64,000 bases of DNA from Ruditapes philippinarum. Taxonomy: Eukaryota. Shown piece after piece: positions 12,684 through 25,097 of this stretch (its first letter is position 1; each line of letters begins with the position of its first letter). A program made the position numbers and the translations under genes. The notes below the pieces were generated by a model, which was given only the letters and a program-made list of their open reading frames with translations, was not told the DNA's origin and did no database searches. The DNA lies in NCBI RefSeq assembly GCF_026571515.1, contig NW_026864756.1:1-64000 (forward strand). Direction: 5' to 3'.

Positions 12684-15109
12684 TCTAATAATAACAAGAG
12701 TTTTATTCTACCTGAAAATAATAACTTTTAATTACATACATACTAAATCAACACTCATTTGTAGACAATATTGATTTTGATTAACAATTTATTCGTCTGG
12801 CTCCTTTGTAAAGATGAACTCTAACGTCTAATAAAATGGTTTACGTGGTTAAACTAGGCCAATAAACTTAACAAGTTTAGCTTTAATTTCTTATTATTGC
12901 TCCGTGGTTTTTCAATTTTGCCTTGATAATTGCCCGCACAAAGCTATTCCACGAGGAACTTCCATCTTTCATCTCTCTTGTCGCCGCAATTAAAAACAAC
13001 ATAATGAGTTTGGGAGCTAATGGAGCGTTTTGTTGATCTTGGGTTATTGGTAGTATCATAGGAGCAATAGAAGTCGCTTGACTAATTTCAACAGTTTATA
13101 CATTGTTTCATAAAATAATCGGGCGACCCTTTTGTTTTCAGATTTGTGTTTTTACAAACACTTGTAAAATCATCATAAATATTAGTAACTGGATAGAATT
13201 GTGTTGCAAAAACAGTACATGCTGTCATATCTTGCATAAGACAATAAAAGTATTATAATAATTGTGAATATTTGTAGATTTGTTAAACTATAAATTATTG
13301 CTTTAACTTATTTGTTTTATATTATTTTATCATATAGAAGCTCATTTTACGTGTCACTGTTTTATATACCTTTATCTAAGAATGATTCTGTTGTGAATGT
13401 TCATGATTTTAATGCAAGAGATAAGGTAATTATTTTTGATGAATATCTGGGTTTCAGTGAAGGGAAGCTATAGAAACATTTGTTTGTATTTTTGACTTTT
13501 ATCAGAAGCCGTGTTGATATGTAATTCACAAAGGTTATCAGCGCTCCAGTGACATTTGTTAAATGTTATCCTACTGAACATACCGGGGAAAAAGTTACAA
13601 TTACCAAATTAACAAGTTAGAGGAGGCTGGCTCAAAAGTATTTTTTTTTGGTTACAGGGACTTAGTTTTTTTATTTAGATACGTTGTAAGTAAACTAAAA
13701 AATGTAAATGCTATTAAGGAAAATATCAAGTAAAAGAGGCTGAAGTGGTAAAATATATCTTCCATGTCTTGATAGATGACAATTTATTTAATGAAAGCTA
13801 AATAGCAGTCCTTGTAAACATAGCAATTAATTAATTAAAACGCTTCTAAAAAATGCCAGGCTAAGCAATATAAATCATTTAAAGTGCTAAACAAGAAACA
13901 TAAATTTAGGATAAAAAAATAGAATTGTTTTTATGGGTCAATGTTGTTTGTAGGTGACCCATACTCTTGTTATAAAAATTACAGCACAGTCCGGATGTTT
14001 ATAATTATCATAGCTTCTAATTGATCCGGTATTTTTATAAACTGAATGAAAGGCAGTTTAAACAGCGCAATTTCTTAAACTTACAATTTAAGCAAAATTG
14101 AATTGTATTATGATAAATTGGAACAGCCATTTTCTTAGAAATCCAATAAATAAATTTACTTTTAAAGCCGGCATATAAGAGTTATTGAGGTTAGGTAAAT
14201 AGCCATACGCAGCGGGCTCGGTTGATTGATTTGTTAATGGGCTGTTTAATTAAATGGCACAGCCAACGCCTATAAGAATCAGCATTAGCAACAGGAATAA
14301 TTAAGAATGTTCATGCGTGCATTGCCTTTCTCGACAATTGCAAATGCACTTGAAAACCTCAGCTCATTTACAATATTTCTTGTAGAAAATAGATAGCCAC
14401 ATGTCGAATCAATGCTAATTCTATTTCTTTCTTTTTTATATCCGAGCTTTTAATAATTCCTAAGATTTTACCTTGTTTTCTGAAAGGAATATTATTTTGT
14501 TAAGATAAAGCAATAACCTACTGTTTCAGGCTAAACACATTTAAAAGCTTTTAAAAAATGTCCCCGTCGAAGTATTTTTCAGTTCAGTGAAGTTGACGAC
14601 TGAATAAAAGAAACATAAATCAAAGTAGAATTAAAAGAACTGACTTGATATAACGGTTAAGTCTAATGATGAGTACCTTAACAAACCATTGTTTCAAAAT
14701 ATTCTATTTAACTAGACAAAATTCTGGACTGTGATTAAACACATCATACATATGTTTTGTTAACTTAAGATATCAATACTAAAGAAATCAACCAAAGCCT
14801 GAGATTGATAGGTTTTCTAAAACTTATCTTAAGCTAAGTAATCTTATTGAATAAGAAACGGGCATTTATCAACAGTTTTTCTGGGGCATTGTGAGAAGAA
14901 AATAATTGTGATATTAACGTTCAGTGTGAAATACGATTAGAATTTTGTGTACAATTTTATTTATACATAAACTGACATGGCTTTATGTTGAATTCTGCGT
15001 AACCCGGTGCTAGGGTTCATGTTAGGTAAATTGCATTTTCCAGTACGTCCATGAACAGGCAATCAAATTAATCCTGCAATATTTTCAATTCTGCTGTTCT
15101 TTGGCGTTC

Positions 15110-15780
15110 TTCACGGATTCATTTTTATTTGTTTGGGTCGTCATACCAAACAAATAATGGTAGCGAAATTTCAGACTCTAATGCTGTTAATTGCAAATGC
15201 CGAAAGTAGTCCGCTTTTTTGAAGCGGTTACTTCCCTTTATATGTAACACTAAGGCCGAACAATTCAGGGGAGATTACTGCGTAAATATGGTCACATGAC
15301 AGGCGCAGTAATTTTCAAGCAAAATAATTCCCGAATGGTCGAAGATTTCTAATATTGTTTTATTCTTTATAGATATACATGCTTATAGTAAGCGTCATGA
15401 TTATTTACACATGTGTTAAACAACAGTTAGCGTCGTTACAAACCCTAATTTAGAATAATATGGTTTTCTTCAGGCCATTAACATATACATTCACCGTGGC
15501 CGAGGGGTTTGCGCGCTCGCTTAGGAAGCGAGAAGTCTGGAGTTCAAATTCCAGTTAAGGCAACTCATTTATTTTTTCAAATTGTTTAAGTCAAATAAAC
15601 ATTGGATTGAATATCAGTGTTGCAATAAGTCTTATAGCCAATCTACTACAATTAAAACGCTGGAAAGCATTGGTGACACTATACAAAAACAAATTGTTTT
15701 ATAATCTCACAACCTTCACCTTTCTGACATTCTGAGACCCAAACAAATTCAGCGCCATCTGTGCTTTGATTTTCTCTGTT
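15110..15780 (+). repeat. Segment present three times in the window (also ~760-1450 and ~59905-60495)
   Basis: Shared blocks GTTTGGGTCGTCA.ACCAAACAAA.AATGGTAGC, CCGAAAGTAGT, GGTCGAAGATTTCTAATAT and TATAATCTCACAACCTTCACCTT.CTGACATTCTGAGA. Confidence 0.85.
15490..15563 (+). pseudogene. tRNA-Pro(AGG)-like sequence (pseudo-tRNA or SINE head)
   Basis: A-box TGGCCGAGGGG, anticodon arm CTCGC-TTAGGAA-GCGAG, T-arm-like CTGGA-GTTCAAAT-TCCAG. The acceptor stem does not pair, so this is not called a functional tRNA. Confidence 0.6.
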
Positions 15781-16313
15781 ATTCCATAAATGCAATAATA
15801 ACGTTTCGACTTAAATATTACTAAAGAAATGTGAAGCCTTACGGATGTTCTTGATAATATTTGGCACCGAGATTGTGATATAAAAGAACACACTTTAATA
15901 AGCCATGTAAAAAAGGTTGAGGTATGTATCACTTAGTCCAAGCACTGCATCAAACAACGTGCATTATCAGCAGAACACAGCACAAGAAATTATTGACAAT
16001 TCAATAAAGAATAACTGTTGATGTTCGTTTCCAGCTTATGAAGATAGTGTTGCCGAAAGAAATCAATGTTTGTTTTTAGGTGATTAATACGCCATGATCA
16101 AACAACTACATAATTATGATCAACATTCAAATATCCGTGTGATCACTGTAAATTTGAGAATATATGTAGTCCATTTAGGTAAATGTTTTTTAATGATGAC
16201 ATTCATATATTATGTCAAACACATTCATTAATACGCACAACGCGACTATGTTGTTTCCGTCCAGATTGCTATCTGATGTTTGCAATGTAACGATTAACTG
16301 TAACAATGTAACA

Positions 16314-16909
16314 CCCCAGTTACACAGAGCCATCGGTTATTGATCGGTAGTTTTTTAGCCAAATTATAGAATGAACCGATGACAACGTATTTAACACCGA
16401 TATCACCTATTGGTCACCTGTTTTCCACCTATCAACTGCTATTGGGGAAAGATAAGTTTCATCGGTGAAAAATTACCGATTGGGATTTTTAAACATGTTT
16501 AAAATTCTCGATTGGTGAAAACAGTTTACAAATAATCGACAGCAACCTATATCACGAGATATGCAAGCTCTTAATCACCGATATCGCCGATCGGACAAAG
16601 ATAACCAAATATGAATCACCGGCCATATCTTACGAAAAGTGTTTTACCACTGATGACTAGCTATCAAACACCGATTAATCAGCGTTACGCCCGATTTAGC
16701 TCCGATTTACAAACGATAAAAACCGATAGTATTTCAGCATTTAATCATCGACCCAACCCCGTTTGAGTTGGCTTTCTGTCACCGATGGCCGTTTACACAG
16801 AAAACCAGAAATAAAATCACGCATGACAACCGATCATAACAGCGAGTTAATTTAAAATTAAATGACCGATTGGGGACCGATTGGGGACCGACCGTCTGTG
16901 TAACTGGCC
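16314..16909. mobile_element. MITE, PIF/Harbinger-like
   Basis: Terminal inverted CCAGTTACACAGA / TCTGTGTAACTGG; internal ATCGGT/ACCGAT repeats that switch orientation across the element; TAA on the right flank, left TSD degenerate. Confidence 0.7.
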
Positions 16910-19900
16910 TAAAGTTCAAAAATAATTTATTAACTCGTAAATAGTTTCTATTCTTTTAACTCTTTCCGAAGTCAGTGATAGAATTACATAATGATGCTTG
17001 TCATTATTTTAAGTCTATAGACCTTTTTACAATACGATTTTTCCATAGTAACGAATGTTGCATTTCGCGCATGCGCATTCTGCGTTTGGCAAAAACGCAA
17101 TAATGATGTCATACTGCAATTTATCAAATTTAAAGAATTTAATAAACGTGATTTCAAGTTAAACAGTAATTTTAGGATGACTTAAAGCAGTAAATACTTA
17201 AAACGTGAATTGTATCTCTAACATATATACGAAACTATGAGGAACCAATAATTCGAGGGGAAAAAAACACATGTAAAAAATTCCTCTTTTTAAGATATCA
17301 ATAGACTATGGAGGGCGTTCGTTGCCAAAATTCCAGATATGCAAAGTGCTCCTTTTAAAAATTACATTTGAAAATGCGAACTTGTATGCCTACCATTTTT
17401 TATTGTACTTGTGCATAGCACATAATATGCCTCTTAATTCACTCTTTTTATTGAAGGTTCCCGCCTTTATATAACAAGTTTACATATAGATCGTAACAAC
17501 TGACCTAACATGGGAAAGGACAAGAAATGTACATGTTCGTATCTTCCATTGCATGCAATACATATGCAAGTGTGCACACTTATAGATCTGAAATATACAA
17601 ATGAAAAGTGAAACTCAAAAACAGAAAATAATGTTTAAGAAAACGTGTTTCGAGTTGTAGAACTGCAAGAGTACGTTTACACTGTAACATGTTTAAAATT
17701 CACAAAGTTAAACGATTTTAAATTAAGTATTACGCCCGCCCCTCTCTGTGTAGGGGGCGCCATGTTTTTCTTACTGATAATTGAACTTCTACTTTATTTC
17801 TATGTAGGGCGTTGCTCTTTTTGCCCTACGCAGATTGCGCATGCTCGCGTAAATACTACTTCCGATCGATTTTTTATAGCAACGGAACGCGTCGTTGTGT
17901 ATGACTTTGATATTTGAATCGTTTTTGTATGAGTTAGTTTTTTTTAACAGTCGTATTTGTTTAAAAATCAAGATCCGCAACATTTTACTATATAGGGTTT
18001 ATGGAAAGCATGAACAGCTTAAATGGCAATTAGGTTTTTTTTACATGAATGAACTGAAAATAATTATTCGAGTTTCATTGCGCATATGTGATTGCATTCT
18101 TATTGTTTGCTTATTTCCAGAATAATTTATTTTATTTAACAAAACTGAAAAGCGTTACAACACTGTTAACTCGAATCAAGCTAAGGTTCGTAAAGAATCG
18201 TCTTCAAGGTCACCAGTTGATCTATGTAAGAATGTTGAAATTTATGTTTTTCGGCTTTTGGACCTCTAACACTTATCATATCACCCTCATTCTATTCATT
18301 TTATTAGTGCGATCTAATAAATATTGGACGGTATTTTGTGGTTATTTTATTACGTCATTAGATCGGTGTAACGCAGCGGGACGATACTACGAATTAAGAG
18401 TACATAGTATAACATCATGGCAAATAAACGTAACAAGCCGAACTTGTGAGTTTTTTTCCCAGGTGAATTTCGTGATTTTATTTTCAGGATAATTGACCCT
18501 TTGTTTTGTTACATTTATCAGTTTGCGTGTATCTTTGTTTTATAAAATATCTTTATATTTAGTTTTTATCCTTGTTTTCTCGCTTAGGTTTAATGAATTG
18601 TTTACATGTGGAGCATGTGGAATGGAACTAATGTGTAACATTGAAGGTTCCATGATAACGGTCGCATGAACACATCTGCCGATGTTTCTAAATATTAAAA
18701 AAAAATGACCTGATTAATTCTCGTATAATATCTATCAAGAGAGGACGTGTACAAGAACTAATGACTTATAAATTTATCTTTTGGCATTGACAAGTTTATG
18801 AAGATTTGACGAATAAAAAATGAAAACTGTTTCAATGTTTGAATCATCAAACGTACAGTTCGAATAGCTATACACTGAAAAAGGAATTGTATTGTTTTAA
18901 ACGCGACAAATGTTTTTTCTACAAACAATCTTACACTTTGATTTTGTACTTGTTGTTTTTTAATCTAATTGATCTTCAAAGCCAAACTTTAGGAATCAAT
19001 ACGTCTGAAAAACTAAAAGCAAATGTATGGACTCAAAGCTCAAGGACAAAATAAGTGTTGAACTGCTTTACATTTATAAATTCTAAAATGGTAGATCTCT
19101 AAGGGGCTATGTATGTGAGGCAAAGAAAAAATAATAGACACGGTTTGATCGGTTTTGTCCATGAGATGTAAAAAGGAATACTAATATGATGAATCAGCTC
19201 ACATCCCCTAAAAGTGACGAAAACAATGTTCATTCTGCTCATACTGATCCCCCAAACGGCAAATACACAATTATAATATTAACATAAATAACCACGTGTT
19301 AAAGTCAGTACTTATTAATCAACAAGACATTGTTAAAGGAGGTCAATAGACAATCATATCATCTCGAATTACTCAAGAAATAATTTAGACATAAATTTAG
19401 AAAAAAATATCTCTTTTCTGCTTATTTAATCGCCTTCGTTATGAAACTAAGTATATACATGTACTCGAGCTTTATTATATTTCCCAAGATTTGACCTAGA
19501 TTATGAATATCATTTTTTAAAGATTAAAGCAGTAACCTACAGTTTCAGGATAAACATACTTATAAAGCTTTTTAAAAAGGTTTCCTCGCAGTATCACTAG
19601 TCAGTTCAGCGAAGTTAACAATCCAATTACATACACCAATGAAGTTACTTGAGAAAAATGTATACATATATTTGAAAATGGTTAAAGTACACTATGCCTC
19701 AGAAATGAATAACATTTTACTTGAACTAAATAACATTTAAAAAATGATAAAAGAGCATGAAAGATGCTTGTTACCTGAAGAAAATAGCGATCCATGTGAA
19801 ATTAAAAGTAGCAAAATGTAAATAAAGTAGTATTTTGACTTCAGCACACAATACTAAATCACTAGGACAGTACTTTTTGTCAAACAGCAACAAAACAAAA

Positions 19901-21249
19901 GATTGTTAAAGCAATTGGCCAGAGTAACATTTTTGAAACTATAAGAAAATACAAATAAAAAATCAGAAAGCTTTTGAAAAGTAAAAATAAAAGCATTTCT
20001 AAGGTATAGTGGGCCTTTATGTATAACGATGCATAACATAACAATGTACGTATAATATTGTCGTTGTATTGAAGCAAGTTTGTTCTAAGACATAGAAGAG
20101 GGTGTATTTGACAAATGGTACCTAAAACAAATACATTGTTGGTTTGTAAATGACAGACCATAGTAATTAATAGGTTCTCTATTGATCCTGAGACTCTATG
20201 AAAAGGTAGTTAGAAGTAATGTGATAGTAACGTTCAGAATGTCCATGTAAAATGCTTCTTTAATTTACTTTCATCAAATGTAACAAAATAAACGGAATTC
20301 CAAAAGAACGGCAACATGTTAAATGTTGCAGGTTATGTTTGATTAAGCGTCTCCATTATCGGCATTAGCAATTGCAAAAAATTGTTCACGCACCCTAGCA
20401 CCGGCTTAAGAAGAATTAAAACATATTTACTTTTTTATCAAATTTCAGTACTTCACAGCATACAGAAGAGAATTTATACAAGATTGAACTGAAAGCTTAA
20501 ACTTAAAACGATAATGGTGAAATATTGAATAAAAAGAATACCCACACGTGTTCATATTGTTTTATATACTAGATATTATCATGACATTGTAATAAAGTAA
20601 AAACAAACAGGTCATGGGGTACCTTCATAGCATCAAGTACGTACACAGACACTGAGTCAAAATAATGTCAATTGAATACGCCATTTAAATCGGGGGAATA
20701 GCGATTTATTGATAATGCTGTGAAAAGTCCCTTGTTTGTTGTTTTGTTTTTTGTTGTTTTTTTTTTTGTTGTTGTTGTTGTTTTTTCTTCTTAAATCATA
20801 TTCATTTTTCACTGCTGGGTGATCTTCAGCGAAAACTGTATATCTACCAACAGTTCATGCTTATACAGGTACATACTTTATTCAAACGTACCTGATTGCT
20901 TGTATGAAATTTTCATGAAAATTCTCAATGTTTTTAAATAACTTTGATAAAACTGATTGCTTATAGATTCTGACAGATGCTGACACGTTGCTTGTTTAAA
21001 TTGTTACATTTTGCGCGTTTAGATGCGTTATATAAGATGATTCATTATTAACTGATAGCTTCATTCATTGACTAACAGATCCATTTGTATAAGGATGAGA
21101 TCCCAAAAAAATTAAATCCAATCCTGTTCTAACTAAATATTATATGTGACAATGATAAATGATGTCTTAATAAAAACTTCTTTTTCAATATATCACGCTC
21201 TTTGAATTTTGGAATATTTCATAATGTCATGATTTTGCACAGCCTTCTA

Positions 21250-21392
21250 ACACCTTGGTTCGAGAGTTCGAGCGATAGGTGTACCAGCAATCTGAGGTAG
21301 AGCAATATATTATATAGGAATTTGGCCGGGATGGTCGGTGAGTTAGAGCGAAGGAAGGCATTAGAGCGATCCGCGTTCGAGCGAACCAAGTT
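21250..21392 (+). mobile_element. Fragment of a Tc1/mariner (pogo/Tigger-type) MITE
   Basis: Repeated GTTCGAG(CGA)/TTAGAGCGA motifs and TTGGTTCG...CGAACCAA inverted ends; absent from the paralogous position near 30680. Confidence 0.45.
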
Positions 21393-22852
21393 TATTTTTT
21401 TTATTTTCAAAGTCATAATTTAACCTTTATTTTATTTTACTTTACTTTACTTTACTTTACTTAATAAGAATCAATATGGATACTTAAGCTTCATATGTAC
21501 TACCGGAAACCAACATGTTTTTCACAAAATTCTATTTGAAATGACCCATACATGTTTAATCCACAGTAAACTAAAACGTACCGAAAACATAAATATGAAA
21601 AATATATTTTTGAATAAAGACCAACAGGTTTTCATTTCTTTAAAAGCAAATGGCATACCATTGAATTGAATACAGAATAATGCTAAATAGATATCACTAA
21701 GATATTTCGGTATGTTTTATATTTAGAATGAACATATAAAAACTACATTTTATCAGTAAATTATGCTTTTCTTCTCATGTAAGGTGACAGTATTATTATA
21801 ATCTACGTCAAGTAGTGAGAACTAAGTTTCGATTTATAGTATTCATATTAATGTTTTGATTTATATGATTTATATTAATGTTTAAGTATTCATTTTATGA
21901 AAATTAGACGACTTTTTATAAATAAAAAAGGAAAGTGAAGTACGTGCTTGCTCAGTTGTTTTTATAATTCATTTTAGTATTTAGAATCTACATTATTTTA
22001 TATTTAAAGATTGTTGTTTTTCTTTCTTTCCTTCGTTTTTCTTGTGTGTGTGCTCTTGTTTCTCTCTTTCTTTTTTCTTCTTCTTTTCCTTCTTCTTCTT
22101 CTGCTTCATAATTTGATTTTAATTTTCTTATATATATTATCTTGTCCATACGGTTATTTAACTAGAATACGATACAGTTATATTTCAGCAAAGAGGTTCA
22201 GTGCGGGAAGGTGTTAAATGTAACTTTACATTAGATAACATAAGGGTGTATTTTGTTTTGTTTTTTTTAATGTTAAGAATTATAAAGACTATAACGGGAA
22301 TCATTATAAGTTACGACTATTATGAGTATTTGGCAATATTGACCTGAGGCTGATCCTGACTAGTTGGAATTTTTTGTTAGTTTCCGTAATTTATTACGAT
22401 TAATTAATTACTTTGTTATGATAGTAAAGTTCTCCATACTTACTAATTAATAATTTAGCCCCAATGGCCTATTGGTAAGTAGCATAGCAAAGCAATCGCG
22501 AAATTTGCAAGTTCGGATCCTCAACACACTTTTTTTCAGATTTATTTACTTATGTTTCTATTACATGCAACATTAGTGGATGCATCATTTGTTTAATATC
22601 TGGTGTCAAACTTCATAACTTGATTTATAGATGTATATGTAATTTTTCATACGTTCAACTTCTACATTACAATGGGTAATTTGCATGAACAAAATTTAAG
22701 TAGTGAAGTTCCGCAAATATAATTTAAAAAAAAGAAAGAAACATAATGTCTTATTAAGATTCGAAACTACAACTTTCAATTTGAAACTGAAAGTCTTAAC
22801 TTCGTATCACTGAGGCTACTTAGACAAGTGTTTTATGTGTAACTTTAAGTTA

Positions 22853-23400
22853 TACATAGAATATGATAAACAATATCAAAAAGGAAAGGCTGCGTTCAAT
22901 GAACGCAACCCCCACACGACCCAGCAACAAGAACCAGTGGCAAGGAGTCCAGGCGGACCCCAAACAAAAACAGGACAGGGTACAAGGCAAATAATGGACA
23001 AGCTTATCACTAAAATGATAACTAATTGTAATTGATAAAGAATTCAAAGAAAACAAATAATTGATTGAATAATAGGCCCACAAAGTCAAAGGGCACAGGG
23101 GAAGGGACAGAAGACCCGGGAAGGGGAGAGAGGGTAAATTGAAGAAATAAAACTAGGGACAAAGGGGAAGATACTTACCGTAGACGAGAAAACAACAATG
23201 GACACAAGCAAAAGTGTCACCAAAACAGTAGGAAACAACACATACATACATCTGAGGAACACAGAGGGGCGCCGCCTTGGAAAGCTCAGCAGCACAAGTA
23301 CTGGGGAGTTTAAACCGGTTAATGGTGCACCAAACCCACCATGCTCCTATAAACGAGACAGTGTAAATAAAATGAATCCCCGCCAAGTGAAACTCTAAAC
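22853..23400 (-). mobile_element. Penelope-like non-autonomous/UTR-derived repeat (longest of three copies)
   Basis: Shares the AATATGA.AAACAA end and the GCGTTCA.TGAACGC hairpin with 25005-25097 (opposite strand) and 30490-30620. Contains CGCCGCCTTGGAAAGCTCAG...GGGGAGTTTAAACCGG, which resembles mollusc Penelope-associated repeats (from memory). Confidence 0.5.
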
Positions 23401-25004
23401 CTATATACCCCCCCCCCCCCCCCTCAAGTATACTGTTATGCCAAACTTTAAAATCAGTACGATTTGTTTCGGAATCCGACAATTACCAACCAAAGGTCAT
23501 TGAGTATTCAAATGTCTTAGCTCAACCAATTACCCCTCACACTAGCACGTCAAAATATTCAGAGCACATGATAAATCTTTTATATAATACTGATGTAAAG
23601 GTACAAAATGCTAGTTAATCATACAAATTTATAAAAACATTTTGATAAGAAAGATACCCTGCACTCTGCATCTCGCATATGTTAACTGGTGCTTACAAAA
23701 GCTATTTCATTACATTTTATTATGATTTTAGCTGAAAACATATGATAATGATTATAAATGAAATTAAAATGTTTTGTTAAAGTCAAATAATTATTTTTTA
23801 TTTTTCAATTAAACTATACAATGCAATATTTCTGTATTTCAACAAGGCTAAGAACATTTCTATTTTGTAACACCATGCAATACTAGATAATATTTGTATC
23901 AAACATATGTGGATTAAATAAGAACATAAACACGTAAACAGCAATACGAACAATTATGGGACATTTGAACAAAAAACGTCAAGTTTGTATTTGAACTCTT
24001 TGATTTTTAACGAGTAAAAAGGTAAAAATGGTATTCGAGTACTGTTAGTTGAGCAAAGAAATGTATAGTGAGAAAATTCGATTTTATTTATGTACAAAAC
24101 TCATGATATGTAACGAATACATAAATTATAGCTATAAACTAAAAGGAGAGACCTTATAGTAATTACATGTTGAGGATTATCTAAATGTAAATTAAACCAT
24201 TATTTAGTGGTTATAAACACGAACATATATGATAAATATAAATATCGTATTTCGTACATGGTTAGTCGTTTAACAGAAAGTGTAAATAAAAGTAATGAAT
24301 TATGTACGATTAATATACATAAAATTTGTGTACGCACGCAATCCATAAGATATCATTGTATAACTTGTGGCAAGACCGGAAGTGCATGTTAAAACAAAAC
24401 TGTATTCTCACCCTCCTGCTTACGACACCTTTTTTTTTACATTATGATATCAGAATTGATTACATGTATCGGTTTGCATGTAATATGAAAAAGTGCCTCG
24501 AATATCTTTCTTTTATAAAATATTTTTAACCTAGTTTCGCCGGTTGTGTTAACGCATATTTTACTTGTGGAACATATGATAACCGTCGTATGAACACTCA
24601 TTCTGCGGATGTTTTTAAACATTTTGAAAAATGACCTGATTATTTCCATAATATCTAACAGAAAATTTTAAGAGAACTAATGACTAATGTAATGTTTATG
24701 TTGATGTGACAAAACAGATATTGCCAAATAAAATAGTGTTATCATCGAAAATACAATCCAAATACCTACACTAAGATCAGGAACTGATTCCATGACAAAT
24801 CCTCCTCTACAAACGCTCTTTAATTTTGGTTTTTGTACTTGTTTTTAAATCTTATATCTCGTTAATCATAGGTAAATACAAAATGTACAGCAAATCTAGA
24901 GGAATCTACAGTGCCCGTTTTTATAGTTATTTACTGTAGCAGAATAGAATTATATCAGTAGAATAGGATTCGCAACAAGTTTTGCCTAGTGCCCTGTAAT
25001 GATA

Positions 25005-25097
25005 TTGCGGGTGGTCCTGTCTTGCTGGGTCGTGTGGGAGTTGCGTTCGTTGAAGCCCGTCTTTGCTTGTTGGTCTTGTTTTTCATATTTTATATTA
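25005..25097 (+). mobile_element. Short copy of the Penelope-like repeat
   Basis: Reverse complement matches 22853-22940 (GCTGGGTCGTGTGGG.GTTGCGTTC.TTGAA). Confidence 0.55.

Larger units (their letters stand above)
8401..12690 (-). mobile_element. LINE retrotransposon, 5'-truncated and decayed (APE-RT type; RTE-X-like, CR1/L2 group not excluded)
   Basis: ORF1 C-terminal half plus ORF2 fragments, ~360-bp 3' UTR, AATAAA near 8430-8435 (minus) and a (TTCTG)n tail at 8401-8423. No clear TSD. Confidence 0.95.
18650..24570 (+). repeat. Tandem segmental duplication, unit A (~5.9 kb)
   Basis: Collinear blocks: 18650-18780~24575-24690, 18970-19100~26942-27076, 19100-21230~28504-30680, 21440-22220~36230-36830, 23480-24420~37575-38580. 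Confidence 0.88.

Noticed and set aside
13440-13620. Minus-strand peptide FGNCNFFPGMFSRITFNKC..., vaguely like a Crypton C-terminal tail
   Set aside because: Short, bounded by stops, and without a recombinase motif nearby.
22455-22530. A-box/B-box-like pair (TGGCCTATTGG ... GTTCGGATCC); a similar weak SINE-like trace at 25743-25910
   Set aside because: No cloverleaf or TSD; too degraded to call.
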